Of a DNA stretch of 36,775 nt, positions 9,548-18,486 are shown piece after piece; the first letter of the stretch is position 1; each line of letters starts with the position of its first letter. The notes beneath the pieces were generated by a model. It did no database searches. It was not told where the DNA came from and saw nothing but the letters and a program-made list of their open reading frames with translations. Origin of the DNA: a virus (Duplodnaviria; Caudoviricetes); the IMG/VR virus record IMGVR_UViG_3300044274_000303, positions 1 through 36,775 of that record. One strand, 5' to 3'. A program made the translations under genes and the position numbers.

Positions 9548-11556
9548 TATAAGCTTATTACCGCATCACGCAGTTTATCATTAATTTTACCTGTTACTGC
9601 ATCAGAAATTTTATCAACTTCATCACGCCAATTATTAGCAATATTGAAGTAGTTTTTAATCTCTAAATTCATTGTTATTCGTTTGCCAGCATTACTACCT
9701 TTACCAGATAAGTTAGAACCGCCAGAACCACCTTTTGATGCTGGGTCTTGGCTACCATCTAAACGCCTGGTAAAGTTTCCTGTACCACCATCTGGCACTA
9801 AAGAAGTTGTGTTTTCTTCTTCTTTTTTCTTCATTTTCAAAGAACCGCCAGCCTTTAAAAATTCATCCTTTGCTTTAATGCCTAATTCAGCTGCTTTTTT
9901 GTAGCCATCTACAATAGAGTTTTTACGTGCTTCTGTGTCGGCATTAATTTGATCCAGCATTTTTTGGTTTTCGGCACTATCACCAATACCCATTGCTTGT
10001 TTAAACTTGTACCAACCCAATTTTATCATATTTATACCGATCATTAAGCCATTTATCATTGTATTAAAGTTGGCTTTTATACCTTCTACAAACCCCATAA
10101 ATAAGAGTTTTGCACCTTCCCATGTGTGCTTCCAAAATTCACCCCAGCCAGTAACATTGTCAGATAACCACATAATACCACCAACCAATGCTGCAATAGC
10201 TGCCATTATCCAGCCAATAGGTGTACCCAAAATGGTTGTGCCTAAAATTCTAGTAGATAATGTCATTGCCTTAGTGGCTACGTTTTGCAGCCAGGTGACT
10301 TTGGTAAGACTTGAAAGTATAGGTATCATTGAAGCAATACCAGAAGCTACTGGTGCTAATTCAACAACACTTGATGCAATACCACCAAATGTATTGGTAA
10401 ACGAGCTTTTAACATCTGCTAACCACCCTCTAATACTGCTGCCAGCACTTTCAACAGATGGTATATTATTAATATCTAAATCAACATTTGCTAGTCCTTC
10501 AATCCAGCCAAGCCCAGCATCTTCACCAGCACCTTTAAAAATATCTGCCAGTACTAATTGTTTTGCATTGGTAGTTGCACCATCCATTGCTTTACTAATC
10601 ATTTGTACAGCTTCAAAAGTGGTTTTACCAGCCAAGTCTTTAACCTCTAAGCCAATGCCTTTTAATGCTTCTACTTGGGGTTTGCCCATTTCACGTAAAG
10701 ACAAATCTGCTTCTTTAATACTGTCAATGGCTTTATCTGAAAAAATACCATCTTTACCAGCCTTTGCCATTAAAGCAATCGCTTGTGATTGAGACAAGCC
10801 CACTTGATTAATAAATGTTGGGTATTCTTTTAGCTGGTCTATAAAATCACCATTAAGATTTGCGCCTTTTTCAAACCCAGCTTCTATAAGTGCAAAATTT
10901 TCTTCATAAGAACCGCCAATTTGCTTGGTCATGGCATTTGCTGCTTTAGCAATTTCTTCTGGGTTTTCTTTAAAAACAGCACCTAACTTATAGGCTCTAG
11001 CAGTAAGGTCATCTAATTGTTTACCAGATGTACCAGAAAAGCGCTCAATAGTAGTGCTTAAATCATTAATTTCTGTAGTAAAGCGTAACCCATCAATAGC
11101 TTTATTGACCAGTTCAACAGCTTGATTAGCCACTACAACAGCTGCACCCCAATTTGCCTTCATTTTTTCAGCATTGGGTGCTTTTTCAATTTCTTCTAGT
11201 TCGTGCTGTACTTCAACTAATTGTTCTTTGTAACGTCTAACTTTAGTTTCAGCAGTTTTAATATCAAAGTCAATTTGCGCTTTTAATAGTGGGTCAATAG
11301 TATCGCCCAAGCTTTTTAATCGACTTTTAAGGCTGTCAATTTGCTTTTCTTCCTTTTTAACTTCTTCAGTAAGATCATTAAAGCTTTTAATGGCACGTTG
11401 CGCAGTAGTTTTAGTGGCATCGTCCATGTCATCTAAAGCACGTGTTACATTTTTAAGCGTTTTATTAACATTTTTGGTACTGGCATCAACATTTCTCATT
11501 GGCGCAGTCACCTTATCTATTAATTCAAAAACCCAACTTGTTTTACTGCTACCCAT
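9547..11556 (-). CDS. Tail tape measure protein
   Basis: 669 aa, Ala/Gly-rich and helical; DFIDQLKEYP..G.FSDKAIDSIKEA motif; hydrophobic segment; follows the tail chaperone. Confidence 0.92.
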   Translation of the reverse strand: MGSSKTSWVFELIDKVTAPMRNVDASTKNVNKTLKNVTRALDDMDDATKTTAQRAIKSFNDLTEEVKKEEKQIDSLKSRLKSLGDTIDPLLKAQIDFDIKTAETKVRRYKEQLVEVQHELEEIEKAPNAEKMKANWGAAVVVANQAVELVNKAIDGLRFTTEINDLSTTIERFSGTSGKQLDDLTARAYKLGAVFKENPEEIAKAANAMTKQIGGSYEENFALIEAGFEKGANLNGDFIDQLKEYPTFINQVGLSQSQAIALMAKAGKDGIFSDKAIDSIKEADLSLREMGKPQVEALKGIGLEVKDLAGKTTFEAVQMISKAMDGATTNAKQLVLADIFKGAGEDAGLGWIEGLANVDLDINNIPSVESAGSSIRGWLADVKSSFTNTFGGIASSVVELAPVASGIASMIPILSSLTKVTWLQNVATKAMTLSTRILGTTILGTPIGWIMAAIAALVGGIMWLSDNVTGWGEFWKHTWEGAKLLFMGFVEGIKANFNTMINGLMIGINMIKLGWYKFKQAMGIGDSAENQKMLDQINADTEARKNSIVDGYKKAAELGIKAKDEFLKAGGSLKMKKKEEENTTSLVPDGGTGNFTRRLDGSQDPASKGGSGGSNLSGKGSNAGKRITMNLEIKNYFNIANNWRDEVDKISDAVTGKINDKLRDAVISL

Positions 11557-11803
11557 TTAATACTTTACTTAAAATTTCAGCTAATGCTTTTTTGTTTGCT
11601 GTTTCTATGACCTTATATAGGTTGTTATACTCTACACCTTTTACATACAAATACTCTTTATAAAGTTTAGCCCATTTCTTATTGCTTAATTTTTCTGGAG
11701 TTACACCGAAATGTGAACGCAGAAGGGCATTTACTTTTTGTATAAATTGGTGGTCTTCTTGTTCCTTGTCTTCTTCGACCTTTAAGGTGTAAAGGTCTAG
11801 CGC
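11549..11803 (-). CDS. -1 frame extension of the tail assembly chaperone (gpGT-like; fusion ~193 aa)
   Basis: Start-less 84-codon open frame (ALDLYTLKVEED...NALLRSHFGVTPEKLSNKKWAKLY...VLNG*) fills the gap to the tape measure gene; entered through A_AAA_AAG at 11809-11803. Confidence 0.85.
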   Translation of the reverse strand, partial: ALDLYTLKVEEDKEQEDHQFIQKVNALLRSHFGVTPEKLSNKKWAKLYKEYLYVKGVEYNNLYKVIETANKKALAEILSKVLNG

Positions 11804-12129
11804 TTTTTTATGGTGCTTTTAGCTTTAGATTTTAAAAGGTTAACACTTTCAAGTACTTCTAAATACACTTCACCATCTTTTTCTAAAGCTTCCATATCAC
11901 CACCTAAAACACAGTTTTTAATAAGCACATCATTTACTTTGTCCACATCTTCTTTGGCTGCGTGCCTTCCAATGGCTTTTAATACAGCACGATCTGGTTT
12001 GCGTAACACAAATCGGTAAGTTTTGTCATCAACAACAACTTCTAAATCACTAACACGACTTTTGCCATATTTAGCTTCCCATTGTGCATTTTGTTCTGGT
12101 GTAATATCTTGGTACTTCTGGTATTCCAT
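11797..12129 (-). CDS. Tail assembly chaperone (gpG-like)
   Basis: Between tube and tape measure genes; WEAKYG..LRKPDR..NCVLGGD; ends on a slippery heptamer. Confidence 0.85.
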   Translation of the reverse strand: MEYQKYQDITPEQNAQWEAKYGKSRVSDLEVVVDDKTYRFVLRKPDRAVLKAIGRHAAKEDVDKVNDVLIKNCVLGGDMEALEKDGEVYLEVLESVNLLKSKAKSTIKKR

Positions 12130-12136
12130 AGCTATC

Positions 12137-12574
12137 TTATATTACGTTCCATTCAATGTGTGATACTAAAAGATCATACTTGGTTACAATAGCACCATCA
12201 TTGTTTTTAACATCAACACCATTGCCCATAAACTCACAATTTCTAATACGGTCTTTTTGTAAAGAACCATCTTGTTTTTCGTAATTAATGGTGATGTCAA
12301 ATGGTAAAATGTCTTGCAAACGCCCACCAGCTGGTAATGCGTTTAAAAGTCCATCAACTTCTTCTTTGTATAATGATATAGAAGCTTTGGCTTCTGTGTT
12401 ACCATCACCACGCCCTACTGGAAAACCTCCAGCACCATTATAATTCTTCTTGTCTGTTTCGTCACTGTAAGCTAATTCAGTAACGCCTTCTAAATCTCTG
12501 TTTAGCATATTAGCTGTAATGCTATTCCAGCCAGTTAGCTTACCAAACTTGTTTATAATCGTTGTTGTTGGCAT
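12137..12574 (-). CDS. Tail tube protein
   Basis: 145 aa directly after the sheath gene; G.GGFPVGRGDGN.EA.ASI motif. Confidence 0.85.
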   Translation of the reverse strand: MPTTTIINKFGKLTGWNSITANMLNRDLEGVTELAYSDETDKKNYNGAGGFPVGRGDGNTEAKASISLYKEEVDGLLNALPAGGRLQDILPFDITINYEKQDGSLQKDRIRNCEFMGNGVDVKNNDGAIVTKYDLLVSHIEWNVI

Positions 12575-12578
12575 ATCT

Positions 12579-13808
12579 TTATAATTTATCAGTTAATCCT
12601 AAATCAAATTCAAATTCAAACACAATACTATCTACAACAATATTGCCTTCAATTTTTAATGGGCTGTCTTCAGTTAATGTTTGCTGTGGGTTTATATAGA
12701 AGTCAAAACCAGATATTTCATTATCAACAATCATTGCTTCCATAGCTTTGTTTAATAAACCTTGCCATGCAGAAATGGTAGTTGCTCTAATAAAACCTGT
12801 AGTTGGGTCTTTTTTAACGATACCTTTTACTTTAGGTATAAGTGTCGTACGAATTAAGCGTGCTGCTTTATTCCAAACCCTGTTGTTTTCTATATACGCA
12901 TAGTCACTTGCTTTTTCTACACAAGTTGGTGAACCATTAAAGAAAATGCCACCATACCCATTAAAAGCACCAGCAAAGATGTAACCTTTGTTAGTAAGTT
13001 CTTTAATTTCTTGTGGCGTTAAATCATCAAAGGGTGTACCATCACTAAGCGCAGCAGAAGCAAAACGATCTGTACCCAAAACAGTTAAAGGGTAATCTTC
13101 TTTGCCTTTAGATCCATCTGGCTTATTTAAGATGTCTACACTTCCTAAATTTTCATTGACTTGTCTTACAGCAAGCATACCTAATACAGCACCAACACTT
13201 GCATTTTTAGCATATGCAGCATCTACTGAAGCAACAGCTGGATCTTGTGCTATACTAACAGATACATTGGGTGCTTTTTCAGCACGAAAATCTGGGTAAT
13301 TCGCTATTGTTAAAACAGCATCACCAGCTTTACCTTCTAAAACAATAGCATCTATGTAATTGTTTTCTAATGCAAAAGCATCAACCACAGCTTGTACTGC
13401 TTCAACTTCATTTATCAAAGTTGCCACTGTAGAAGTAGCGCCTATAACACCTATACTTTTAATATCCTTTTGGCTTCTAATAGCTGCTTTTAGTGCATCT
13501 TCTTCTAAAATTGCACTAGCTTCTAAACCAGCTGTAGTAGGTATTAAATATAATGTACCATCTGGGCTATAGGTAAAAAAGTCATTGACTTCATTAAATG
13601 CCAACAATCCATTATTGGCATCAAAAGAAGCATTTATACCTAAAGCTTCTGCATCACTAGGTTGCAGTAACTTGTAGGCTTTATTTAATTCGGCAGTAGT
13701 ACCAGCTGTAGGCATACCCACTATCAATGCCATTACAGCATCTGTAGTAGCATTTCTACGACCTAAACCACCGTTTTGTTTGTTAATTTTTACGCCTTTA
13801 AAACTCAT
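12579..13808 (-). CDS. Tail sheath protein (DUF2586-like)
   Basis: N-terminal GV.I.K.NGGLG and C-terminal SDYAYIENNRVWNKAAR..ISG..INP.Q sheath motifs. Confidence 0.88.
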   Translation of the reverse strand: MSFKGVKINKQNGGLGRRNATTDAVMALIVGMPTAGTTAELNKAYKLLQPSDAEALGINASFDANNGLLAFNEVNDFFTYSPDGTLYLIPTTAGLEASAILEEDALKAAIRSQKDIKSIGVIGATSTVATLINEVEAVQAVVDAFALENNYIDAIVLEGKAGDAVLTIANYPDFRAEKAPNVSVSIAQDPAVASVDAAYAKNASVGAVLGMLAVRQVNENLGSVDILNKPDGSKGKEDYPLTVLGTDRFASAALSDGTPFDDLTPQEIKELTNKGYIFAGAFNGYGGIFFNGSPTCVEKASDYAYIENNRVWNKAARLIRTTLIPKVKGIVKKDPTTGFIRATTISAWQGLLNKAMEAMIVDNEISGFDFYINPQQTLTEDSPLKIEGNIVVDSIVFEFEFDLGLTDKL

Positions 13809-13830
13809 ATCGTTTTTGCTTTAATTATTT

Positions 13831-14301
13831 TTATTCTTCTTCTTCAGAAGCACCAGTTGCAGTAGCATCATCTTCACCTGTGTTATTTGCAGCTTCATTG
13901 TTTAGCACTTCAATACGTGCTGCTGCTGCTTTTAATACAGATTTAGCGGTTTTACCTTTTACAGCTTCATTAACTGCTTCAACAGTTTCTAAAGTGGCAA
14001 TGGTTTCAACTAATGCTTTTACTTCTTTTTTGGCTTGCTGCATTTTAGCTGCTCTATCATCATTAGTATTAGCAGCATTTTTATTGCCCTTTACAATAGC
14101 TTTAGGTGCTTCTTTTTCTTGCACGTTTTCATTTTCTATTTTAAAAACCTTGCCTTCTGCTGTAGCGTGAAGGTTTGCACGGTTTTCACTCAAGAAAAAT
14201 TGACCATCTGTAGTTGCAAAAGCAACTTTGGCAGTTGGGTAATTTTTAAATACCTCTTTTGACTGCTCTTTAATTTCGGATTTACTGTATGATTTTTTCA
14301 T
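13831..14301 (-). CDS. Hypothetical virion-associated protein (Ala/Lys/Glu-rich)
   Basis: T.DGQFF..EN.A.LHA N-terminal motif, low-complexity linker and acidic tail; lies within the late operon. Confidence 0.6.
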   Translation of the reverse strand: MKKSYSKSEIKEQSKEVFKNYPTAKVAFATTDGQFFLSENRANLHATAEGKVFKIENENVQEKEAPKAIVKGNKNAANTNDDRAAKMQQAKKEVKALVETIATLETVEAVNEAVKGKTAKSVLKAAAARIEVLNNEAANNTGEDDATATGASEEEE

Positions 14302-14304
14302 TGT

Positions 14305-14796
14305 TTAAAATGGTTTTAAATATCGTTTTAATAAGAATTTACCACCTACCAAGACAACAGCTAAAATGCCAATCCAAGACAATGCTTTGTAAATCCAATG
14401 GGTTCTAAATTCCGTTTTAGTTTCTTTTGTTTCTTTAACTTCAGTAAGTTTTATAAGGGTTTCTATTATCTTGTTCTGGCTTTCTATAATTTTTTCGTAT
14501 TTATCTGTAAAGCATTCAACTTCAATATTATCTTTTACACGTCTTACAGATCCTGTTGAACGTCCAGATTTAGATTTAGCAACAATTGGCACTTCTGTTA
14601 AACTGGCAATAGGTACATTAATCTTTAAGCTATCAGCAGCAACAGTAAGGGTATCAATCTTTTTTTGATATGTAACTTTAGTACTGGTGCTATCTGTTTT
14701 AGTTACCCTTGTTTGCGATACTGGTCTAGCTGTTCTGCAACCAGAAAAGGCAACTAATATTAAAGTGATAAATAAAATGTACTTGATTAATCGCAT
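14305..14796 (-). CDS. Putative unimolecular spanin (lipoprotein with C-terminal TM)
   Basis: Lipobox LVAFSG|C, C-terminal TM (ALSWIGILAVVLVGG) followed by a basic tail; overlaps the endolysin stop. Confidence 0.7.
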   Translation of the reverse strand: MRLIKYILFITLILVAFSGCRTARPVSQTRVTKTDSTSTKVTYQKKIDTLTVAADSLKINVPIASLTEVPIVAKSKSGRSTGSVRRVKDNIEVECFTDKYEKIIESQNKIIETLIKLTEVKETKETKTEFRTHWIYKALSWIGILAVVLVGGKFLLKRYLKPF

Positions 14797-15242
14797 AAGT
14801 TCTTATATTCATTGTAAGCATCATAACATGGACACGCTTTTATAAATTCAAAAGGTTCTATAATGCCATTACCGTTTAAGTCTTTGGAAAAATCCCTATG
14901 CCCTCTAATTTCAGCTTTTGGGTGTCTGGTCTTTAACTCGATCAACAATTGTTTTAAAGCAGCTATTTGTTGTGGTGTTCTTGTGTCTTTAGGCGCTAAA
15001 TTTTTAGCCAAACCACCGATATAACAAATACCAATGCTTTTTCTATTATAGCCTTTAACATGCGCACCAATCTTGGCATCTGGTCTACCTTTTTCAATAG
15101 TGCCATCAAGCTTTATTACATAATGATACCCTATACCAGACCAGCCACGTCTTTTATGCCAAGCATCAATAGCTTTTGCATCAAAATCTTTGCCCTCAAT
15201 TGTGGCGCTACAGTGAACTACTAAATAGTCTATGCTTCTCAT
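14787..15242 (-). CDS. Endolysin, N-acetylmuramoyl-L-alanine amidase (Amidase_2, T7-lysozyme type)
   Basis: VVHCSAT, IGYHY, GAHVKGYN..SIGICYIGG, GHRD and KACP motifs. Confidence 0.95.
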   Translation of the reverse strand: MRSIDYLVVHCSATIEGKDFDAKAIDAWHKRRGWSGIGYHYVIKLDGTIEKGRPDAKIGAHVKGYNRKSIGICYIGGLAKNLAPKDTRTPQQIAALKQLLIELKTRHPKAEIRGHRDFSKDLNGNGIIEPFEFIKACPCYDAYNEYKNLCD

Positions 15243-15248
15243 AGTGAA

Positions 15249-15294
15249 ACCCTTTTAAGGGTGCTGGCTACTTGCTATAAGTTAGCCAGCCCTT
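15249..15294 (-). promoter_or_regulatory. Stable RNA hairpin between capsid and endolysin genes
   Basis: GCTGGCTA (15263-15270) / TAGCCAGC (15283-15290) stem with flanking AAGGG/CCCTT pairing; no U-tract on the coding strand. Confidence 0.55.
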
Positions 15295-15302
15295 TAACTC
15301 TT

Positions 15303-16319
15303 TTATACTTGACCAGATATGATTGCTGCACTACCTTCAATACCATATGCCACAATGATGTGGTACACTCTAAAACCAATGGTGCTTTCTCTTAATTCTG
15401 GATCTTCAGAAGCATCACGTGCATATCTTTTTACAGTACCAGCTGCTTTGGCTGTGCTTCCTTTGTGAAATACTATAGAAGACTTGCGCCCAACAGTAGC
15501 AGAACCATATGGTAATTTTGCACCAGCGGCATCATATTCTGGAGTTGTACTGTCTTCATAGACTTTAAAGCCATAGTATTTACCACTTATCATACCTTCT
15601 TTATGGTTGTGGTATTGTGTGAAGAAATTTTTATCTTCTTCTAGCAAGTCGCTTACGTGGTCATCTGTTAATACTAATATTCTACCTTTTTTGCTAATGC
15701 CTTTTTTGTTCATTTTGGCTTGTAGCTTTCTAAGGTCTTTGGTAGTTAGTTTTTTACGTCCTGTACCATCGTCTTCACCTGTAGTTTCTAATACAAATTC
15801 GTTGTTGTCTTCATCATTTACTTGTGGTGCTAAACCCCATATACCATATTCCATTGTTTCATCTTCCAATGTTTCACGGTGTTGCATTTGCACATCACTT
15901 TTCTTTTCATATGGTAATGCGTAAAGTTCATCATCTGTAACTATAGTGTTTTCAGTATCAAACTTGTTAAGACCTACAATTACGTGGCTGTCATCACGAT
16001 TATTTTTAAGAATAGGGTATTGCGTGTTATTGATTAAAACCTTTGGCGCTTCACCTCGTTTAGGTATTTTAATGACATCATTATTAACCCAACTTTGCTT
16101 TGATCTAATTTCAGATGCCCACGTGTGCTGGTGGCGCAATTGCTTTATCATTTCACGTTCTGCCAATTGGTTCTTTGCTGGCAATGCCACAGTTGCAGCA
16201 CTGGCAATTTGCACAGCTGCTTCTGTTTCACCATTAAATGCGTGACTAAATACCGTTACACATAGCACCGCTAAAAGTGATAATGTGAATTTTAAGGATT
16301 TGAATACTACGTTTTTCAT
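15303..16319 (-). CDS. Major capsid protein (HK97 fold inferred) with hydrophobic N-terminal extension
   Basis: Directly after protease/scaffold; size fits; GRILVL..H..DLL..G.YYGFKVYE pattern. Confidence 0.85.
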   Translation of the reverse strand: MKNVVFKSLKFTLSLLAVLCVTVFSHAFNGETEAAVQIASAATVALPAKNQLAEREMIKQLRHQHTWASEIRSKQSWVNNDVIKIPKRGEAPKVLINNTQYPILKNNRDDSHVIVGLNKFDTENTIVTDDELYALPYEKKSDVQMQHRETLEDETMEYGIWGLAPQVNDEDNNEFVLETTGEDDGTGRKKLTTKDLRKLQAKMNKKGISKKGRILVLTDDHVSDLLEEDKNFFTQYHNHKEGMISGKYYGFKVYEDSTTPEYDAAGAKLPYGSATVGRKSSIVFHKGSTAKAAGTVKRYARDASEDPELRESTIGFRVYHIIVAYGIEGSAAIISGQV

Positions 16320-16352
16320 TGTTCTACTTTTTATATCTGTTGTTTTTGTTAA

Positions 16353-17501
16353 TTACTTGTCACCAAAATAGGCTGCTTCTAAAGCTTCAGCTTGTTCTGG
16401 GTTTTCTACTTTCATCTTTTCGTAAGCCTGTGGGTCTTTATCTATATAATCATCTAAAGTCCAGTCTTTACGTGATGCTTCTAAAGCATCATTACCATCT
16501 GCTGGCGTTAAGTTTTTACTTAACTTTGGTTTAGTAACCATTGCATCTAATGCAGTTTTAGCTGCATCATAATTTGCGGTTGCTAAATCCACATAGGTTT
16601 GCTTTTGATCTGCTGTAATTTTTTTAGCAGTAATCGCTTCATCAACCAAAGCATTTACTTTTTGTTCTGCTTCTGTTGTTTCAGTTTCTTCTTTAGCTGC
16701 AACAGTTTCACGTTGTTTTAAAGCATCTACTTTCATAGCTTTTTTTGCTGCTTCAATCTGTTCATCTGTAGCATTAGCTTCTAAGCCTAAAAAGGCAATT
16801 AGTTCTTCTTTGTCCATGATTTGTCTATTATTTATTTTTGATTTTGTTGCTTTTGGTAGAATAGGTGCGCCACAAGCTTCTAGTATAGTTACATCTTCTG
16901 CGCTAATTGTGCCTTCTTCATCAATAATAGCATCAATAAAGCCTTCTTCTTTAGCTTCTTCTGCACTCATCCAGTGATCGCCACCCTTCCATAGTTCTTC
17001 AATTTCAGCCTTGGTTTTACCTGTCTTTTTAGCATATTTTGCCAAATAATCTTTGGTAACACTTTTAAGTAGCTTTAATTCTTTAGTTATCTGGTCTTCA
17101 TTACCAAATGTGCCAAGCATTGGCTTATGGATCATTATTTGCGAATTGACATAAGCACTGGTGTGGTGACAAGCAGTAAAGTAAGTTGCTGCACTGGCAG
17201 CTGCTGCACCTACAGTAATATTGACTTTTTTAAATCGGTTTAGCTGGTTGTTAATTTCAACCGCTTCAAATACAGAACCGCCATTACTATTTATATACAC
17301 ATCTGCTTCTGTATGTGTTTTTAATAGTTCGTCTACCTTTTTCTGAAAATCACTAGAGTTATTGGCATTCCAATTTGCTATACGTCCTATAATGCGTATA
17401 TAAGCTTTACCATCCTTACTTTCAGCTGTAAGTTGTAATGGTTTTGCCTTGCCATCTGGCTTTGCAGAACCTATAATAATGATGTGTTTTTGTGACTTCA
17501 T
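16353..17501 (-). CDS. ClpP-type head maturation protease fused to scaffold domain
   Basis: INSNGGSV, AASAA (Ser), MIHKP (His), WMSAEEA.EEGFID; C-terminal half (MDKEELIAFLGL..ATDEQI..VDEAI..KIT) resembles a Mu gpI/Z scaffold. Confidence 0.9.
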   Translation of the reverse strand: MKSQKHIIIIGSAKPDGKAKPLQLTAESKDGKAYIRIIGRIANWNANNSSDFQKKVDELLKTHTEADVYINSNGGSVFEAVEINNQLNRFKKVNITVGAAAASAATYFTACHHTSAYVNSQIMIHKPMLGTFGNEDQITKELKLLKSVTKDYLAKYAKKTGKTKAEIEELWKGGDHWMSAEEAKEEGFIDAIIDEEGTISAEDVTILEACGAPILPKATKSKINNRQIMDKEELIAFLGLEANATDEQIEAAKKAMKVDALKQRETVAAKEETETTEAEQKVNALVDEAITAKKITADQKQTYVDLATANYDAAKTALDAMVTKPKLSKNLTPADGNDALEASRKDWTLDDYIDKDPQAYEKMKVENPEQAEALEAAYFGDK

Positions 17502-17672
17502 TTACGCTTAATTACAAGACAAATGTGCTGTAATATCACCGCCCAAAAAAATCACTAAATCAAAATGGTAGTTTTTTACACTTTTTTTGGTAGTACTCAG
17601 TAACCATTACACTTTATAGCTTTTTATAGCCATTAATATTGGTAGATATTTGACCTATAATTATAAGGTAGG
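17502..17672. promoter_or_regulatory. Divergent late-promoter region
   Basis: The only gap between the divergent structural operons; near-consensus -7 boxes CACATTTG (- strand, 17520-17527) and GATATTTG (+ strand, 17645-17652); short repeats TGGTAG x3 and TTACACTTT x2. Confidence 0.6.
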
Positions 17673-18212
17673 ATGGCAAAAGAAAAAGAAAAGCAGCTTG
17701 CACGAATTTACTATATAGAACAAGGTAAAACAGCTAAATGGATAGCTGCAAAATTAACCCTTACTGAAAAAACGGTTGGCGCTTGGATTGCAAAATATGG
17801 TTGGAAGGAATTAAGAAATGCCAAAGAAAATGGTATAGATAAACGTATTGATAATATCAAAGAAGTGATTGATGATATTATTGAAGACAGAAGCACCGCC
17901 AGAACTACCTTAAATAAATACAAGCTTGATTTAGCCAAAGCCCAAGAACAAAAGGACAAGGACACGGAAAAATCTATAAAAGAACAGATTAGTGAAATTA
18001 AACGTGAAATTGTTGGCTTTGATGATGCCATTAGCAAATGGAATAAAACACTAGAAAACTTTGATAAAGACAATAAAGTGTCGCTATCAAACTACATACA
18101 TGTTATGGAAGAAGTGTTTAAAGACCTTTTGGCTTTTGATCCAAAACTATATCAAGACACTTTAGATTTTCAAGACCAGCACATTAACAAAGTAAGCATT
18201 ACAATAGGATAA
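17673..18212 (+). CDS. Terminase small subunit-like HTH protein (DUF1804-like)
   Basis: N-terminal HTH (AKWIAAKLTLTEKTVGAWIAKYGW) plus coiled coil; upstream of the large terminase. Confidence 0.75.
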   Translation: MAKEKEKQLARIYYIEQGKTAKWIAAKLTLTEKTVGAWIAKYGWKELRNAKENGIDKRIDNIKEVIDDIIEDRSTARTTLNKYKLDLAKAQEQKDKDTEKSIKEQISEIKREIVGFDDAISKWNKTLENFDKDNKVSLSNYIHVMEEVFKDLLAFDPKLYQDTLDFQDQHINKVSITIG

Positions 18213-18213
18213 T

Positions 18214-18486
18214 ATGAAATTTACACTTTTAAAAAAGATTATAAGCCTTATCGCTAACAAGGCAACCGCACAAGAAATATACCTAGAAATAGGGGCGTAC
18301 TTCATTAAAAAAGGTGCTAATTATAAGGTTGGTGAAATTCTTTATAAAAAGAAAGTTCAAGGCGCAAAATCCAAGTTGTACAAAGGCAAGGTTGTTACCA
18401 ATATTTGGTTTGAGTTTGACACCAATAAAATACACGTAAAACGTGGTAATAAATTCATTTCTCCAGAAAACATTGTAAAAGGATAA
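18214..18486 (+). CDS. Hypothetical basic protein between terminase genes
   Basis: 90-aa ORF tightly coupled to both neighbours (TAATG overlap with terL). Confidence 0.65.
   Translation: MKFTLLKKIISLIANKATAQEIYLEIGAYFIKKGANYKVGEILYKKKVQGAKSKLYKGKVVTNIWFEFDTNKIHVKRGNKFISPENIVKG

Noticed and set aside
10007-10792. 261-aa + strand ORF and similar antisense ORFs (e.g. 5549-5866, 15607-15924, 21090-21539, 17711-18073)
   Set aside because: Shadow frames opposite well-supported genes, with composition reflecting reverse-complemented codons and no motifs.
11557-11796. Non-coding gap or ncRNA before the tape measure gene
   Set aside because: Fully explained by the -1 frameshift extension of the tail chaperone.
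4132-13808. Stand-alone contractile injection system (eCIS/T6SS/tailocin)
   Set aside because: Capsid, protease, portal, terminase and transposase are all present, so this is a phage tail.
16353-17501. Host clpP gene
   Set aside because: It is fused to a scaffold domain and directly upstream of the capsid gene, so it is a prohead protease.
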